From contig OZ241329.1 of NCBI GenBank assembly GCA_965199825.1, positions 256,001 through 320,000 of the forward strand: a stretch of DNA of 64,000 bases, in the 5' to 3' direction. The stretch comes from Bdellovibrionales bacterium. Its GTDB lineage: Bacteria > Bdellovibrionota > Bdellovibrionia > Bdellovibrionales > UBA1609. This document shows, in pieces, positions 21,424 to 30,418 of this stretch (position 1 is the first letter of the stretch; each line of letters begins with the position of its first letter). The notes beneath the pieces were generated by a model. The model was given only the letters and a program-made list of their open reading frames with translations, was not told the origin of the DNA and made no database searches. A program made the position numbers and the translations under genes.

Positions 21424-22512
21424 TTAGAAAATATCCTTTTCATGCGGCTCCTTCGAGATTCCCACTTTTTTTTCAAGCTCAATCAATCGCTTGCGCATTT
21501 CGGCCACGGTCTTCATCGCATTGATGTTTCGCATGTACTCGGCCATCGGCAACAGAGGCAATCCGGCATAAACCCCTGGTTTTAAAACATTCTGCACAAC
21601 TCCGGCCCGATGAGCAAAAATCACATCATCTGTAATTTTAAGATGATCAATAATTCCTGTTTGGCCACTGGCGCGTACCCGATTTCCGATTGTGGTCGAG
21701 CCCCCCACACATAAGCCCGCGGTCAAAAGACAATCTTCGCCAATTTGTACATTGTGTCCAATGTGAATTAAATTATCTAATTTGGTTCCGGCACCAATGC
21801 GTGTCTCGCGGTATGCAGCGCGATCAATACAATTGTTTGCACCAAGGCGAACCCGATCTTCTAAAACAACAATTCCTGTTTGGGGGATGTAAATACTTTT
21901 GGCTTTTGAGGTCTGTGCAAAACCATAACCCTCTGAGCCCACCACACTGCCTGCACCAATCACACACTCATTACCAATAAGGCTGCCGTGATGAATAACC
22001 GCTTTAGGGTGAACGATGGTTTCATTGCCGATTTGAACATCATTTTCGATGACCGCACCGGCCATAATTCGACAATGCCTGCCGATGCGAACATTTTGGC
22101 CGATCACCACATGCGGCTCGATCACAGTGAGATCGCCAATGATCGCTGTTTCATGAATCACACTGGTCGAATGAATTCCATCAAACCCCGTCTGAGAAAA
22201 ATCGCGCGAAGCATAGCTTTTCTTTAAGATCGCGTGAGCAAGACCGACGTTATCCGCAATCAATAGGCCGATTTTTGGTTTGTTGCGAAAGCTCTCGGCC
22301 AAAGATGGGGTGGTCACCACTGCGGTAAATTCACGTGCGAGGACAGGTGCAACGTATTCTTTTTTATCAACAAAGATCAAATCACCAAGTTGACAATCCT
22401 CAACCGGTGACAGTTGGGCGATCAAATGATCTTGCTCGCCTTCAACACTTTTGATCAGTCCAGATGCCAAAAACTCTTGGGTAAAATCGCGAATCGTTTT
22501 GTTAATCAGCAT
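21424..22512 (-). CDS. lpxD: UDP-3-O-(3-hydroxyacyl)glucosamine N-acyltransferase
   Basis: Hexapeptide repeats, GSEGYGF, IPQTG, IDRA, KLDNLIHIGHN. Confidence 0.9.
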   Translation of the reverse strand: MLINKTIRDFTQEFLASGLIKSVEGEQDHLIAQLSPVEDCQLGDLIFVDKKEYVAPVLAREFTAVVTTPSLAESFRNKPKIGLLIADNVGLAHAILKKSYASRDFSQTGFDGIHSTSVIHETAIIGDLTVIEPHVVIGQNVRIGRHCRIMAGAVIENDVQIGNETIVHPKAVIHHGSLIGNECVIGAGSVVGSEGYGFAQTSKAKSIYIPQTGIVVLEDRVRLGANNCIDRAAYRETRIGAGTKLDNLIHIGHNVQIGEDCLLTAGLCVGGSTTIGNRVRASGQTGIIDHLKITDDVIFAHRAGVVQNVLKPGVYAGLPLLPMAEYMRNINAMKTVAEMRKRLIELEKKVGISKEPHEKDIF

Positions 22513-22668
22513 GTGTCTCCCTTACGCTCAAGGACTACCTTGAATTGACAAAAATAATCTACTTCAAACCAATCATATTTGGTCCTCGACAAACGTCAGC
22601 ATGTTTGTTGCGAGATGTGAAAGACAATCAAAATATGGCATAATACTTTTTCAACAAGGAGAAAACTC

Positions 22669-23280
22669 ATGTCGACCGCGCCCCTCATTGCTCTATTTTC
22701 TTTAACATTTGCCGCATACGCAGTGGATTACACGCCAGGAAAATATTCTGTAGATCCTGCCCATTCGAAAGTGGGATTTGAAATTCCACATTTGGTCATC
22801 TCAACTGTCGAAGGCCGTTTTTCAAAATTTGATGGCGAGATTGAACTTGATAAAAAATTTGAAAAATCAAAAGTAAATGCCAATGTCACTATCGAATCTG
22901 TTGATACCAATGAACCCAAACGCGATGAGCATCTTCGCAGTGCCGAATTTTTTGATACCAAGCAATTTCCTAAAATGACTTTTAAAAGTACAAAACTCGA
23001 AGGAAAGCCTGAGTCGTTTAAAATCACTGGTGATCTCACAATCAAAGGCCACAAAGAAAAAGTGACCTTTGATGGAAAATATTTAGGAACTGTTGCTGAC
23101 GGCTACGGTAAACAAAAAGCGGTATTTAATGCATCAACCAAGATCAGTCGCAAAACTTATGGCTTAACTTGGAATAAACTTGTTGAAGCGGGCCCTGTGG
23201 TTGGTGATGAATTGACCATCGATCTTAAAATTCAAGCAGCGGCTGCAGATGCGCCTGCCAAGAAGACCGCCGCAAATTAA
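22669..23280 (+). CDS. YceI family lipid/polyisoprenoid-binding protein
   Basis: VDPAHSKVGF, RDEHLRSAEFFD. Confidence 0.93.
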   Translation: MSTAPLIALFSLTFAAYAVDYTPGKYSVDPAHSKVGFEIPHLVISTVEGRFSKFDGEIELDKKFEKSKVNANVTIESVDTNEPKRDEHLRSAEFFDTKQFPKMTFKSTKLEGKPESFKITGDLTIKGHKEKVTFDGKYLGTVADGYGKQKAVFNASTKISRKTYGLTWNKLVEAGPVVGDELTIDLKIQAAAADAPAKKTAAN

Positions 23281-24143
23281 GAGTGCACCACGAGCACCGG
23301 AACTGGCGCGTGAAGGATAGCTTCACGCGTGGATTCGCCAAGATAAGACCGCAGTAAAGCATTGCGACTACGAGATCCCATCACAATCACTTCGTAGGGA
23401 TTTTCGAATTCCTCTTTCAAACTTTCTTTTAAATCTTTTTTAACAATTCGGTAATTAGCCCGAATACTTTTTTTGCCCATCAACGCCACTTTGGCTTTGA
23501 GTTGCTTTTCGGCTTCGCGATAAATTTCATCAGAATCTTTATCAAAACTTTTAGGCGCGGAGTCGTTGATAAAATGATCTTCTTGTTTGAGCTGGAGCTC
23601 GTCGTACAACGAATGAAAAAGAATGAGTTCAACCCCAAGCCTCGATGCGAACGACAAAGCGTAGAGTTCAGCAGCACTGCTTGTTTTTCTTAAATCGGTG
23701 GCCACCAACACCGCCTTTTTATTTTTTAGAAACTGCGCACTCACCTCTTGTGAAACTTTTGGTCCCACAATCAAAACCGGTTTAGAGCTACTTCGCAAAA
23801 CTTCTTCTGATACCGAAGTCGGCTCAGAGGTCATCACAATCAGCTCGGGCTCAAATTTTCCTTGAGAAAATTTCAATATCTCTTGGGCCGCATGGCCTGT
23901 TTTGAGGTGCCCCTCGCACCCTTTCCAATATTGTTTCATGAGCTCATCGAGTTGGCTTTGATGTTGGGAATGCCAATTCTTCATCGCGCTCAATGGTTGA
24001 AGCCGCCGAAATGAATTTAAGTCCTCTACACAGACCACATGCAGGTCGGCATGATAGGCCTTTGCAAGATTCGCCGATAACAGCTGGGCGGGTTGTGAGG
24101 ACAGGTCAAGATTTTCGGCAAAAAGTACGGTTTGTTTCAGCAT
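23277..24143 (-). CDS. Universal stress protein (tandem USP domains)
   Basis: VLVATDL, IVMGSRSR...LGESTREAILHAPVPVLVV. Confidence 0.88.
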   Translation of the reverse strand: MLKQTVLFAENLDLSSQPAQLLSANLAKAYHADLHVVCVEDLNSFRRLQPLSAMKNWHSQHQSQLDELMKQYWKGCEGHLKTGHAAQEILKFSQGKFEPELIVMTSEPTSVSEEVLRSSSKPVLIVGPKVSQEVSAQFLKNKKAVLVATDLRKTSSAAELYALSFASRLGVELILFHSLYDELQLKQEDHFINDSAPKSFDKDSDEIYREAEKQLKAKVALMGKKSIRANYRIVKKDLKESLKEEFENPYEVIVMGSRSRNALLRSYLGESTREAILHAPVPVLVVHS

Positions 24144-24273
24144 AGATTTGGTTTTAACACTCTTTAGCTCAAGGCTACAACTTGACCGGAACTCGAAGTC
24201 ATTTTACATTAGCCGGACCCAAGCTTTAATTATTTCAATCGCACATACTGGCCACAATTTTGAATTACAGAGG

Positions 24274-25815
24274 ATGACTATGCCTTCGCCATTAGAAATT
24301 TTAAAGCAGCACTTTCATTTAGAAGTTTTTCGAAAAGGCCAAGAGGGCATTATCGATTCTGTGATTCGCGGCAAAGACGCAATGGCCGTGATGCCCACGG
24401 GTGGTGGAAAATCTCTTTGCTATCAACTGCCCGCTGTTTCTTACAATGGGCTTGTGGTGGTGATTTCACCGTTGATTGCCTTAATGAAAGATCAGGTGCG
24501 AACCCTTACCAAGTTGGGGATTCGGGCCGGCGCCATTCATTCAGGTCAAGATCTCGCCGAGAAAAAAGCGGTGTTTGAGCTTTTTAAAAAGCGCGGACCT
24601 TTTGTTCTCTACATGTCGCCCGAACGGGTTCAACACGAAGGCTTTAGTGGTTGGGCTGCAAAACAAAATATTCGATTGTTTGCGATTGATGAGGCCCATT
24701 GTGTGTCGCAGTGGGGTCCTGACTTTCGCAAAGATTATCATAAGCTCAGCGTGCTTAGAAAAATAAAGCCTGACACTCCAATTTTAGCGCTGACCGCAAC
24801 CGCCACGCCTCAAGTTCTTAACGATATTCAAAAACAATTGGGACTTGATGAGCCGGATCGTCATGTGCACGGGTTTTATCGGCCCAATTTGTATTATCAA
24901 ATGGAGACCTGTCAGGACGAAAACGAAAAGATCGCATTCTTGCGTAAAGCGGTCGTTCAAACTCCTAAAGGTCGAATACTTATTTACTGCGGCACTCGTC
25001 AACAAACCGAAACCACAGCCTCACGACTGCAACGCGAGTTTGAAGGTGTCGGATATTATCACGCTGGGATGTCGGCCGAGTCGCGAAAAGAAGTGCAGGA
25101 AAAGTTAGATCGCAATGACCTTCGAATTTTAGCCGCCACAAATGCCTTCGGGATGGGAATTGATTATCCCGATGTGCGACTCGTGGTGCATTTGCAAATG
25201 CCCGCAAATATCGAATCTCTTTATCAAGAAATGGGTCGTGCGGGTCGGGATGGACAGATGTCGACGTGTCTTGTGCTCTCATCTAAAAAAGATCGCGGGC
25301 TTCACTCGTTTTTTATTCAACGAACCAAAGCTTCGGCTTCGGTGATTCGTCAGCGTTGGAATTCGCTCACCGCAATTACCCAATTTATTGAGAGCGAAGA
25401 GTGTCGTCACGGCGCAATCTTGACCTACTTTCGTGATGAAGATCGCATCATTGCCTGTGGACATTGTGATGTCTGCGCGCCGACTTCACCACTCAAAGTC
25501 GAAGCTCCTTTGCCTGATGAATTGCCGCTGACCTCACGCCTTAAAAAAGCCAAAAAACCGTTGGTGAAATTTGAGTTGGATTCGCCCGAAGCTCAGGCTC
25601 GAGCACTCGTCCTCAAAGATTGGCGCAAGGCCTACGCGCGCGAAAATGATTTGCCTGCGTTTGTGGTTTTTAGCGATAAAACTCTTGTTGATTTGTGTAA
25701 TAAAAATCCAAAAGATCTTGAGGCACTTTCTCAAGTTTATGGATTCGGACCAGCAAAGATCGAGCAATTTGGTCAGCTTGTTTTGGGCGAGTTGGGGATT
25801 AAACCATCGATTTAA
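24274..25815 (+). CDS. recQ: RecQ family DNA helicase with HRDC domain
   Basis: MPTGGGKS, DEAH, TATA, QEMGRAGRDG, Zn cysteines, C-terminal HRDC. Confidence 0.95.
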   Translation: MTMPSPLEILKQHFHLEVFRKGQEGIIDSVIRGKDAMAVMPTGGGKSLCYQLPAVSYNGLVVVISPLIALMKDQVRTLTKLGIRAGAIHSGQDLAEKKAVFELFKKRGPFVLYMSPERVQHEGFSGWAAKQNIRLFAIDEAHCVSQWGPDFRKDYHKLSVLRKIKPDTPILALTATATPQVLNDIQKQLGLDEPDRHVHGFYRPNLYYQMETCQDENEKIAFLRKAVVQTPKGRILIYCGTRQQTETTASRLQREFEGVGYYHAGMSAESRKEVQEKLDRNDLRILAATNAFGMGIDYPDVRLVVHLQMPANIESLYQEMGRAGRDGQMSTCLVLSSKKDRGLHSFFIQRTKASASVIRQRWNSLTAITQFIESEECRHGAILTYFRDEDRIIACGHCDVCAPTSPLKVEAPLPDELPLTSRLKKAKKPLVKFELDSPEAQARALVLKDWRKAYARENDLPAFVVFSDKTLVDLCNKNPKDLEALSQVYGFGPAKIEQFGQLVLGELGIKPSI

Positions 25816-26018
25816 CATTTTCATCGATCATTACTGGGATTGTTTTTAGTGTGATCGGATATTATGTCTTTCGCGCGGGCAAAAAAAAGGTCGATTATCA
25901 GATTTTGTTTATCGGAGTCGCACTGATGATTGCCCCACCCTTGGCGCCGCTTGCTTGGCAGCAGTGGTCGATCGGGATTGGCTTAAGTATTTATGCCTAT
26001 TTTGTTTGGCCGCCTTAA
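25806..26018 (+). CDS. Small membrane protein missed by the ORF track (start ATC 25806 or GTG 25851)
   Basis: Frame reads IDLTFSSIITGIVFSVIGYYVFRAGKKKVDYQILFIGVALMIAPPLAPLAWQQWSIGIGLSIYAYFVWPP*. Three hydrophobic segments; exactly fills the gap after recQ. Confidence 0.7.
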   Translation: MDLTFSSIITGIVFSVIGYYVFRAGKKKVDYQILFIGVALMIAPPLAPLAWQQWSIGIGLSIYAYFVWPP

Positions 26019-27988
26019 ACCCAAAATAATCTTTGCGGTCGCTTAAAAACTTTTCTCCAAAACAGACGATAGATTCTTGATCGCTGCGAGGCTTCCACAT
26101 CGCGAGCGCGCAAGGCCACAAACATCGAACAGAAAAAAGCTGAAGTCACATTGCAAAATCCAATTCCTAATATACCGAGGAACACCCAAAAAAATTCCCA
26201 ACTCCAGAGTGAATCGATACCAAGACTAAATATCGCAGCCGTAATCATTCCGGTGGATAAAGTGACGTGTCGAATATCGAGTGGAATTCCAAAAAATTGA
26301 AAGACCACGGGCAGTAGGCCTAAAAATAATCCGAGTGAGAAATTACTCGCAAATCCGCCAATGTTTTGGCCAAAAAATAAAGCCACTCGAGCCGCCGCCG
26401 ATTCACCAAAAACAAATTGAAGTTTTCGATTGTGTCTCAAGGCTGCACTCATTTTTCGAAACACCCACCAATTGTCGATCCATCCCCCGACTTGACTTGA
26501 AGCAAATAAAACCGCTCCGGTAAATATGGCGTAAAATGCGGCGGGTCCTAAAAATGTCACACTCTCCATCGAATGAGCCGCATGATCTTGATCGATCAAA
26601 TGACGATGAAAAACAAGGAGACCAAATAAATCCAAAACAAATACTGTGGGAATCACCGAGAGCATATTGCCAAAAATGCCGATCACCTGGGAGCGCACAA
26701 GATGAACAATCTCATCCACCAGATTATTTAAACCTTTTAAGTCTTCCAAATCTTCCATCTTGGCGGCAAGTGCCGATGCGGTCATTGAGGGCTGCTTGGT
26801 CGCAAGTGTAAAACCAAAAAGTTGAATCACAATAAAACTAATAGCGTAATTAAGTGAAGCTCCAAGGCCGATCAAAAATGGTGCAAGCGGCATCATCACA
26901 ATCCAAAATTTTATCATAGTAGTAAAACCAGTGATAAATCCGCCACCAAGGGCTCGCCTTAAGTACTCTTGCTGCTCATCGCGGGTGCGGGTGATATAAT
27001 GATCACCAGTTTGCGCGGTTCGATCCGAAATCTTTTTTGATAACAAAGAAAGATTTTGTGAAAATAAAGCACCAAGACTTCTTGATCGCTCCATATCTTG
27101 AACCAAAGTGCCAAGTAGTCGATGCACATGTTCAACATTTGATTCTTTGAGCAACTGCACAAGCAATGTCATTCGCTTAAGTTGCAGCTCAATGCGGTCC
27201 AACTCATAAACAATCGAAACACTCACACCGAATTCATTAAGATGATTGTAAACATCTTTAAGCGAAGTTTGGCAGTCTTGGATTGCGGTCAAAACCTCTT
27301 CGGCCTTGCCCGCTTCTTGAGAGTGCCCCAAAAAGTCGTGGGCATAATCGCCAAGCATAAAAAAAGAAATTTTTCGTAATTCTTTTTGGGTCAGACGCTC
27401 TCGAATGGGTGGCAACAAACCACTTGCCCGAACATTGATGGACAAAAGATAAATTGCGTCTTCAATTTGGCGATGAAAATGATTTTTAAGTTCTGCCGAA
27501 CTGAGCATTTCAAAAAACTGACGAAAGGTTTCGCGATCCATTTTTTTAAGCCAGTTGCGCACCGGCTTGTGGGCAAAACCTTCGACCACCGCTAAAGATA
27601 AATCAAAATCTTGTGGGGGCTGAGGTAAAAATCGAAAATGCATCCGCTCAACCAATTCGGTAATAAAACCGGCATGGTTGGGAACGCCGGTTTTTACGAG
27701 GAGCTCCACTGCATCTGATTTTAAAAAATAGTGCTGCACCGCTTGCACAAAATTTTGTTTAAAATTCTCACTCTTTTGAAGCGACTTTAAAAGTTGATCC
27801 AATCGCTGATCGATTGCGAGCAAGGTGGGGGCTTGAATCCAATCCAAAATGTCGAGCATCCAAGAGCGCCGCTGCCGATGGGAATCCACCACAGTGGGAG
27901 TATTAAATAAAATTGTTTCGAGGTTGCGTTGGCCAACGCTTAAAGTTTGCCAACGTTCATACCATTTTTTGATTCGGCTCACGCTCAA
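26015..27988 (-). CDS. 'Site-specific recombinase' (Gcr/PF10136-like) family polytopic membrane protein
   Basis: TGDHYITR, FTLATKQPSMTA, LDIRHVTLSTG motifs; many TMs. Confidence 0.85.
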   Translation of the reverse strand: MSVSRIKKWYERWQTLSVGQRNLETILFNTPTVVDSHRQRRSWMLDILDWIQAPTLLAIDQRLDQLLKSLQKSENFKQNFVQAVQHYFLKSDAVELLVKTGVPNHAGFITELVERMHFRFLPQPPQDFDLSLAVVEGFAHKPVRNWLKKMDRETFRQFFEMLSSAELKNHFHRQIEDAIYLLSINVRASGLLPPIRERLTQKELRKISFFMLGDYAHDFLGHSQEAGKAEEVLTAIQDCQTSLKDVYNHLNEFGVSVSIVYELDRIELQLKRMTLLVQLLKESNVEHVHRLLGTLVQDMERSRSLGALFSQNLSLLSKKISDRTAQTGDHYITRTRDEQQEYLRRALGGGFITGFTTMIKFWIVMMPLAPFLIGLGASLNYAISFIVIQLFGFTLATKQPSMTASALAAKMEDLEDLKGLNNLVDEIVHLVRSQVIGIFGNMLSVIPTVFVLDLFGLLVFHRHLIDQDHAAHSMESVTFLGPAAFYAIFTGAVLFASSQVGGWIDNWWVFRKMSAALRHNRKLQFVFGESAAARVALFFGQNIGGFASNFSLGLFLGLLPVVFQFFGIPLDIRHVTLSTGMITAAIFSLGIDSLWSWEFFWVFLGILGIGFCNVTSAFFCSMFVALRARDVEASQRSRIYRLFWRKVFKRPQRLFWV

Positions 27989-28001
27989 AAAAGGCTAGCA
28001 G

Positions 28002-29261
28002 CTAATTATCCTTAAAGCTATAGCGCTCAATCAATCGCGCTCCGCGCTTAAAAGTAAAATAAGACCAGGTCCACTGCATCAGTACACTCAATCGATTACG
28101 AAATGTGATGGTGTAGAAAATGTGAATCAATAACCAGGCAAGCCATGCGAGCACACCACTCATTTTAAAATTGTGATATTGCAAAACCGCTTTGCGCCGG
28201 CCGATGGTCGCCATCTGCCCTTTATCAAAATATTTAAAATTTTCTCGAGGTTGCTTTTTAAGTTCGCGCTGAATCACACGGGCCACAAAACGCCCCTGCT
28301 GCATCGCCACCGGAGCCAGGCCTGGCAAAGCTTTGCCGGTTGTTTGATCCACCACTCGAGCTTGATCACCAATCACAAAAGCTTCAGGGTAACCGGGTAA
28401 AGAAAGATCGGGATTTACAATCACTCCCCCGCTTTTATCGAGCGACACACCCTCAAGATGGGTCGAAAGCGTTGAGGGTTTCACACCGGCAGCCCACAAC
28501 ACCACCCGCGCTTTGATTTCGCGATCGATCAATTTCACAGTGGTTGAGGTGATATCGAGAACCCGACTTTGTGTCAGTACGGTCACCCCCAATTTTTCAA
28601 GATCACGAGTGGCTTTTTGCGACAAGCTCTCATCAAAACTTGCAAGAATGCGAGGGCCCGCCTCGATCAATAAGACCTGAGCATTTTTAGGATCGATGTG
28701 ACGAAAATCTTTTTCTAGAGTGAGCCGGCTAATTTCGGCGATCGCTCCGCTCAACTCCACACCGGTGGGGCCACCACCGACCACCACGAAAGTCAGATAC
28801 TCTTGCTTAATTTTTTGGTCTGTCTGGCGTTCGGCCTCTTCGTAACTGAGAAGTATCCGACGACGGATATCAATGGCCTGTCCTAGAGTTTTAAGGCCTG
28901 GCGAAAATTTCTCCCACTCGTCGTGACCGAAATAACTGTGAGTCGCTCCACAAGCCAGAATCAGATAATCGTACTCTCTCACCATCTGGTTTTTTAATTT
29001 TAGATTTTTATTTTTGAGATCAACGCTCACCACATCGCCTAAGAAAACTTCGACATTCGAATTTTTTCGAAACACCGAGCGAATGGGTACCGCAATATCA
29101 GCGGGCGACAACCCTGCGGTGGCAACTTGGTAAAGGAGAGGCTGAAACAGATGATAATTGTTGCGATCTAAAATAGTGATCTCAACATCTTTTGTTTTGG
29201 CTAAGGCTTTGGCCGCACTCATTCCGCCAAAGCCTGCACCCACGATTACGATCTTAGTCAT
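28002..29261 (-). CDS. ndh: Type II NADH:quinone oxidoreductase
   Basis: GAGFGG, HLFQPLLYQVAT, GGGPTGVE, WAAGV, APVAMQQG. Confidence 0.93.
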   Translation of the reverse strand: MTKIVIVGAGFGGMSAAKALAKTKDVEITILDRNNYHLFQPLLYQVATAGLSPADIAVPIRSVFRKNSNVEVFLGDVVSVDLKNKNLKLKNQMVREYDYLILACGATHSYFGHDEWEKFSPGLKTLGQAIDIRRRILLSYEEAERQTDQKIKQEYLTFVVVGGGPTGVELSGAIAEISRLTLEKDFRHIDPKNAQVLLIEAGPRILASFDESLSQKATRDLEKLGVTVLTQSRVLDITSTTVKLIDREIKARVVLWAAGVKPSTLSTHLEGVSLDKSGGVIVNPDLSLPGYPEAFVIGDQARVVDQTTGKALPGLAPVAMQQGRFVARVIQRELKKQPRENFKYFDKGQMATIGRRKAVLQYHNFKMSGVLAWLAWLLIHIFYTITFRNRLSVLMQWTWSYFTFKRGARLIERYSFKDN

Positions 29262-29853
29262 TCATCAATCCTGAAGTTTGAATATCTAAATCGAGAAGTT
29301 TGATTCGAACCGCTCTTAAATCAATTCCGTTTGCCGATGTTTTTGAACCATAAAGGGCGTCACCAATAATCGGGCAATGAATCTTTGAAAGCGTATAACG
29401 AAGTTGATGAGACCGCCCCGTTTTTGGTGAAAGGGTCCAGTGCAGTCGATTGTTTTTTTGACTCAAAATCTTACCCGAAGTTAAGGCGCGTTTGCCGTAA
29501 GGGGCTTCAAAACTTCGTCGCTTGCCTCGGACTAAACGAAAATCCCAAAAGAATTCCTCTTGAGCGTCAAATCCGGCAGGCTTTTCGGTGATCGCTTCAT
29601 AAGTTTTTTGAACTTCGTCATTGGTGAAAGCCAGATTGGCGGTGCGATGAGCCAACTTATTTTTTGCAAACAACACGATACCAGAGACTTCAAAATCCAG
29701 ACGATGAACAATAAAGAGAGGTATGCCGAGCTGCTTTTGCAAAATCAGGTTTAAACTTTCCCTGCCATCGGCCACCCGCGGAGGAATTGTGAGCATCAGG
29801 CTTGGCTTATCCACCGCTACAAAATCATTCGACTCAAATAATATTTTAACCAC
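29254..29853 (-). CDS. RluA family pseudouridine synthase
   Basis: VDKPS, HRLD, TGRSHQLR, PIIGDALYG. Confidence 0.92.
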   Translation of the reverse strand: MVKILFESNDFVAVDKPSLMLTIPPRVADGRESLNLILQKQLGIPLFIVHRLDFEVSGIVLFAKNKLAHRTANLAFTNDEVQKTYEAITEKPAGFDAQEEFFWDFRLVRGKRRSFEAPYGKRALTSGKILSQKNNRLHWTLSPKTGRSHQLRYTLSKIHCPIIGDALYGSKTSANGIDLRAVRIKLLDLDIQTSGLMND

Positions 29854-30418
29854 GATATTTTAGTCCTATCAAAAAAATTTCCTTGCTCTCTTTGCGCGTG
29901 CTTTCGGGCTTCAGGGCCTCGATTTTGACGAATTCATTTTTTAATTGTTTTTTAAATTGATCAAACTCTTGGCCATGAAACAGTTTGCAAATAAAATGCC
30001 CCTGAGGTTTTAGATTTTTTTTAGCCACTGTCAAAGCCATTTCGCAGAGCTCAAGAGATTTTGTTTGATCAACAAATTTTATTCCGGTGGTGGAAGGAGC
30101 CATATCCGACATCACCACATCGAAATCGGTATAAGGGAGCTCAGTCATTTCGAGCATGTCGCCCACAACAAACTCCGCATTGGGCAGAGTGATCTCGAGC
30201 CGCTTTAAATCGACACCAAAGATAAATCCTTGAGAGCCAATCTTCTTTGAGGCGTACTGTGACCACGAACCGGGAAAACATCCCAAATCCAGAACACGCT
30301 GATTAGATTTAAAAATTTTTAGTTTTTGGTCGATCTCTTCGAGTTTAAAGATCGAACGGGCAACATAGTTTTGGGATTTTGCTTTTTTAAAAAATCGGTC
30401 GCGAGGATTATAAGTCAT
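29846..30418 (-). CDS. rlmE: 23S rRNA Um2552 methyltransferase (RlmE/FtsJ)
   Basis: ARSIFKLEEI, DLGCFPGSWSQ, SDMAP, KPESTRKESKE. Confidence 0.93.
   Translation of the reverse strand: MTYNPRDRFFKKAKSQNYVARSIFKLEEIDQKLKIFKSNQRVLDLGCFPGSWSQYASKKIGSQGFIFGVDLKRLEITLPNAEFVVGDMLEMTELPYTDFDVVMSDMAPSTTGIKFVDQTKSLELCEMALTVAKKNLKPQGHFICKLFHGQEFDQFKKQLKNEFVKIEALKPESTRKESKEIFLIGLKYRG

Noticed and set aside
26015..27988. Mobile-element recombinase
   Set aside because: The family name is historical. The protein is a polytopic membrane protein without recognisable tyrosine or serine recombinase motifs and sits in a housekeeping run.
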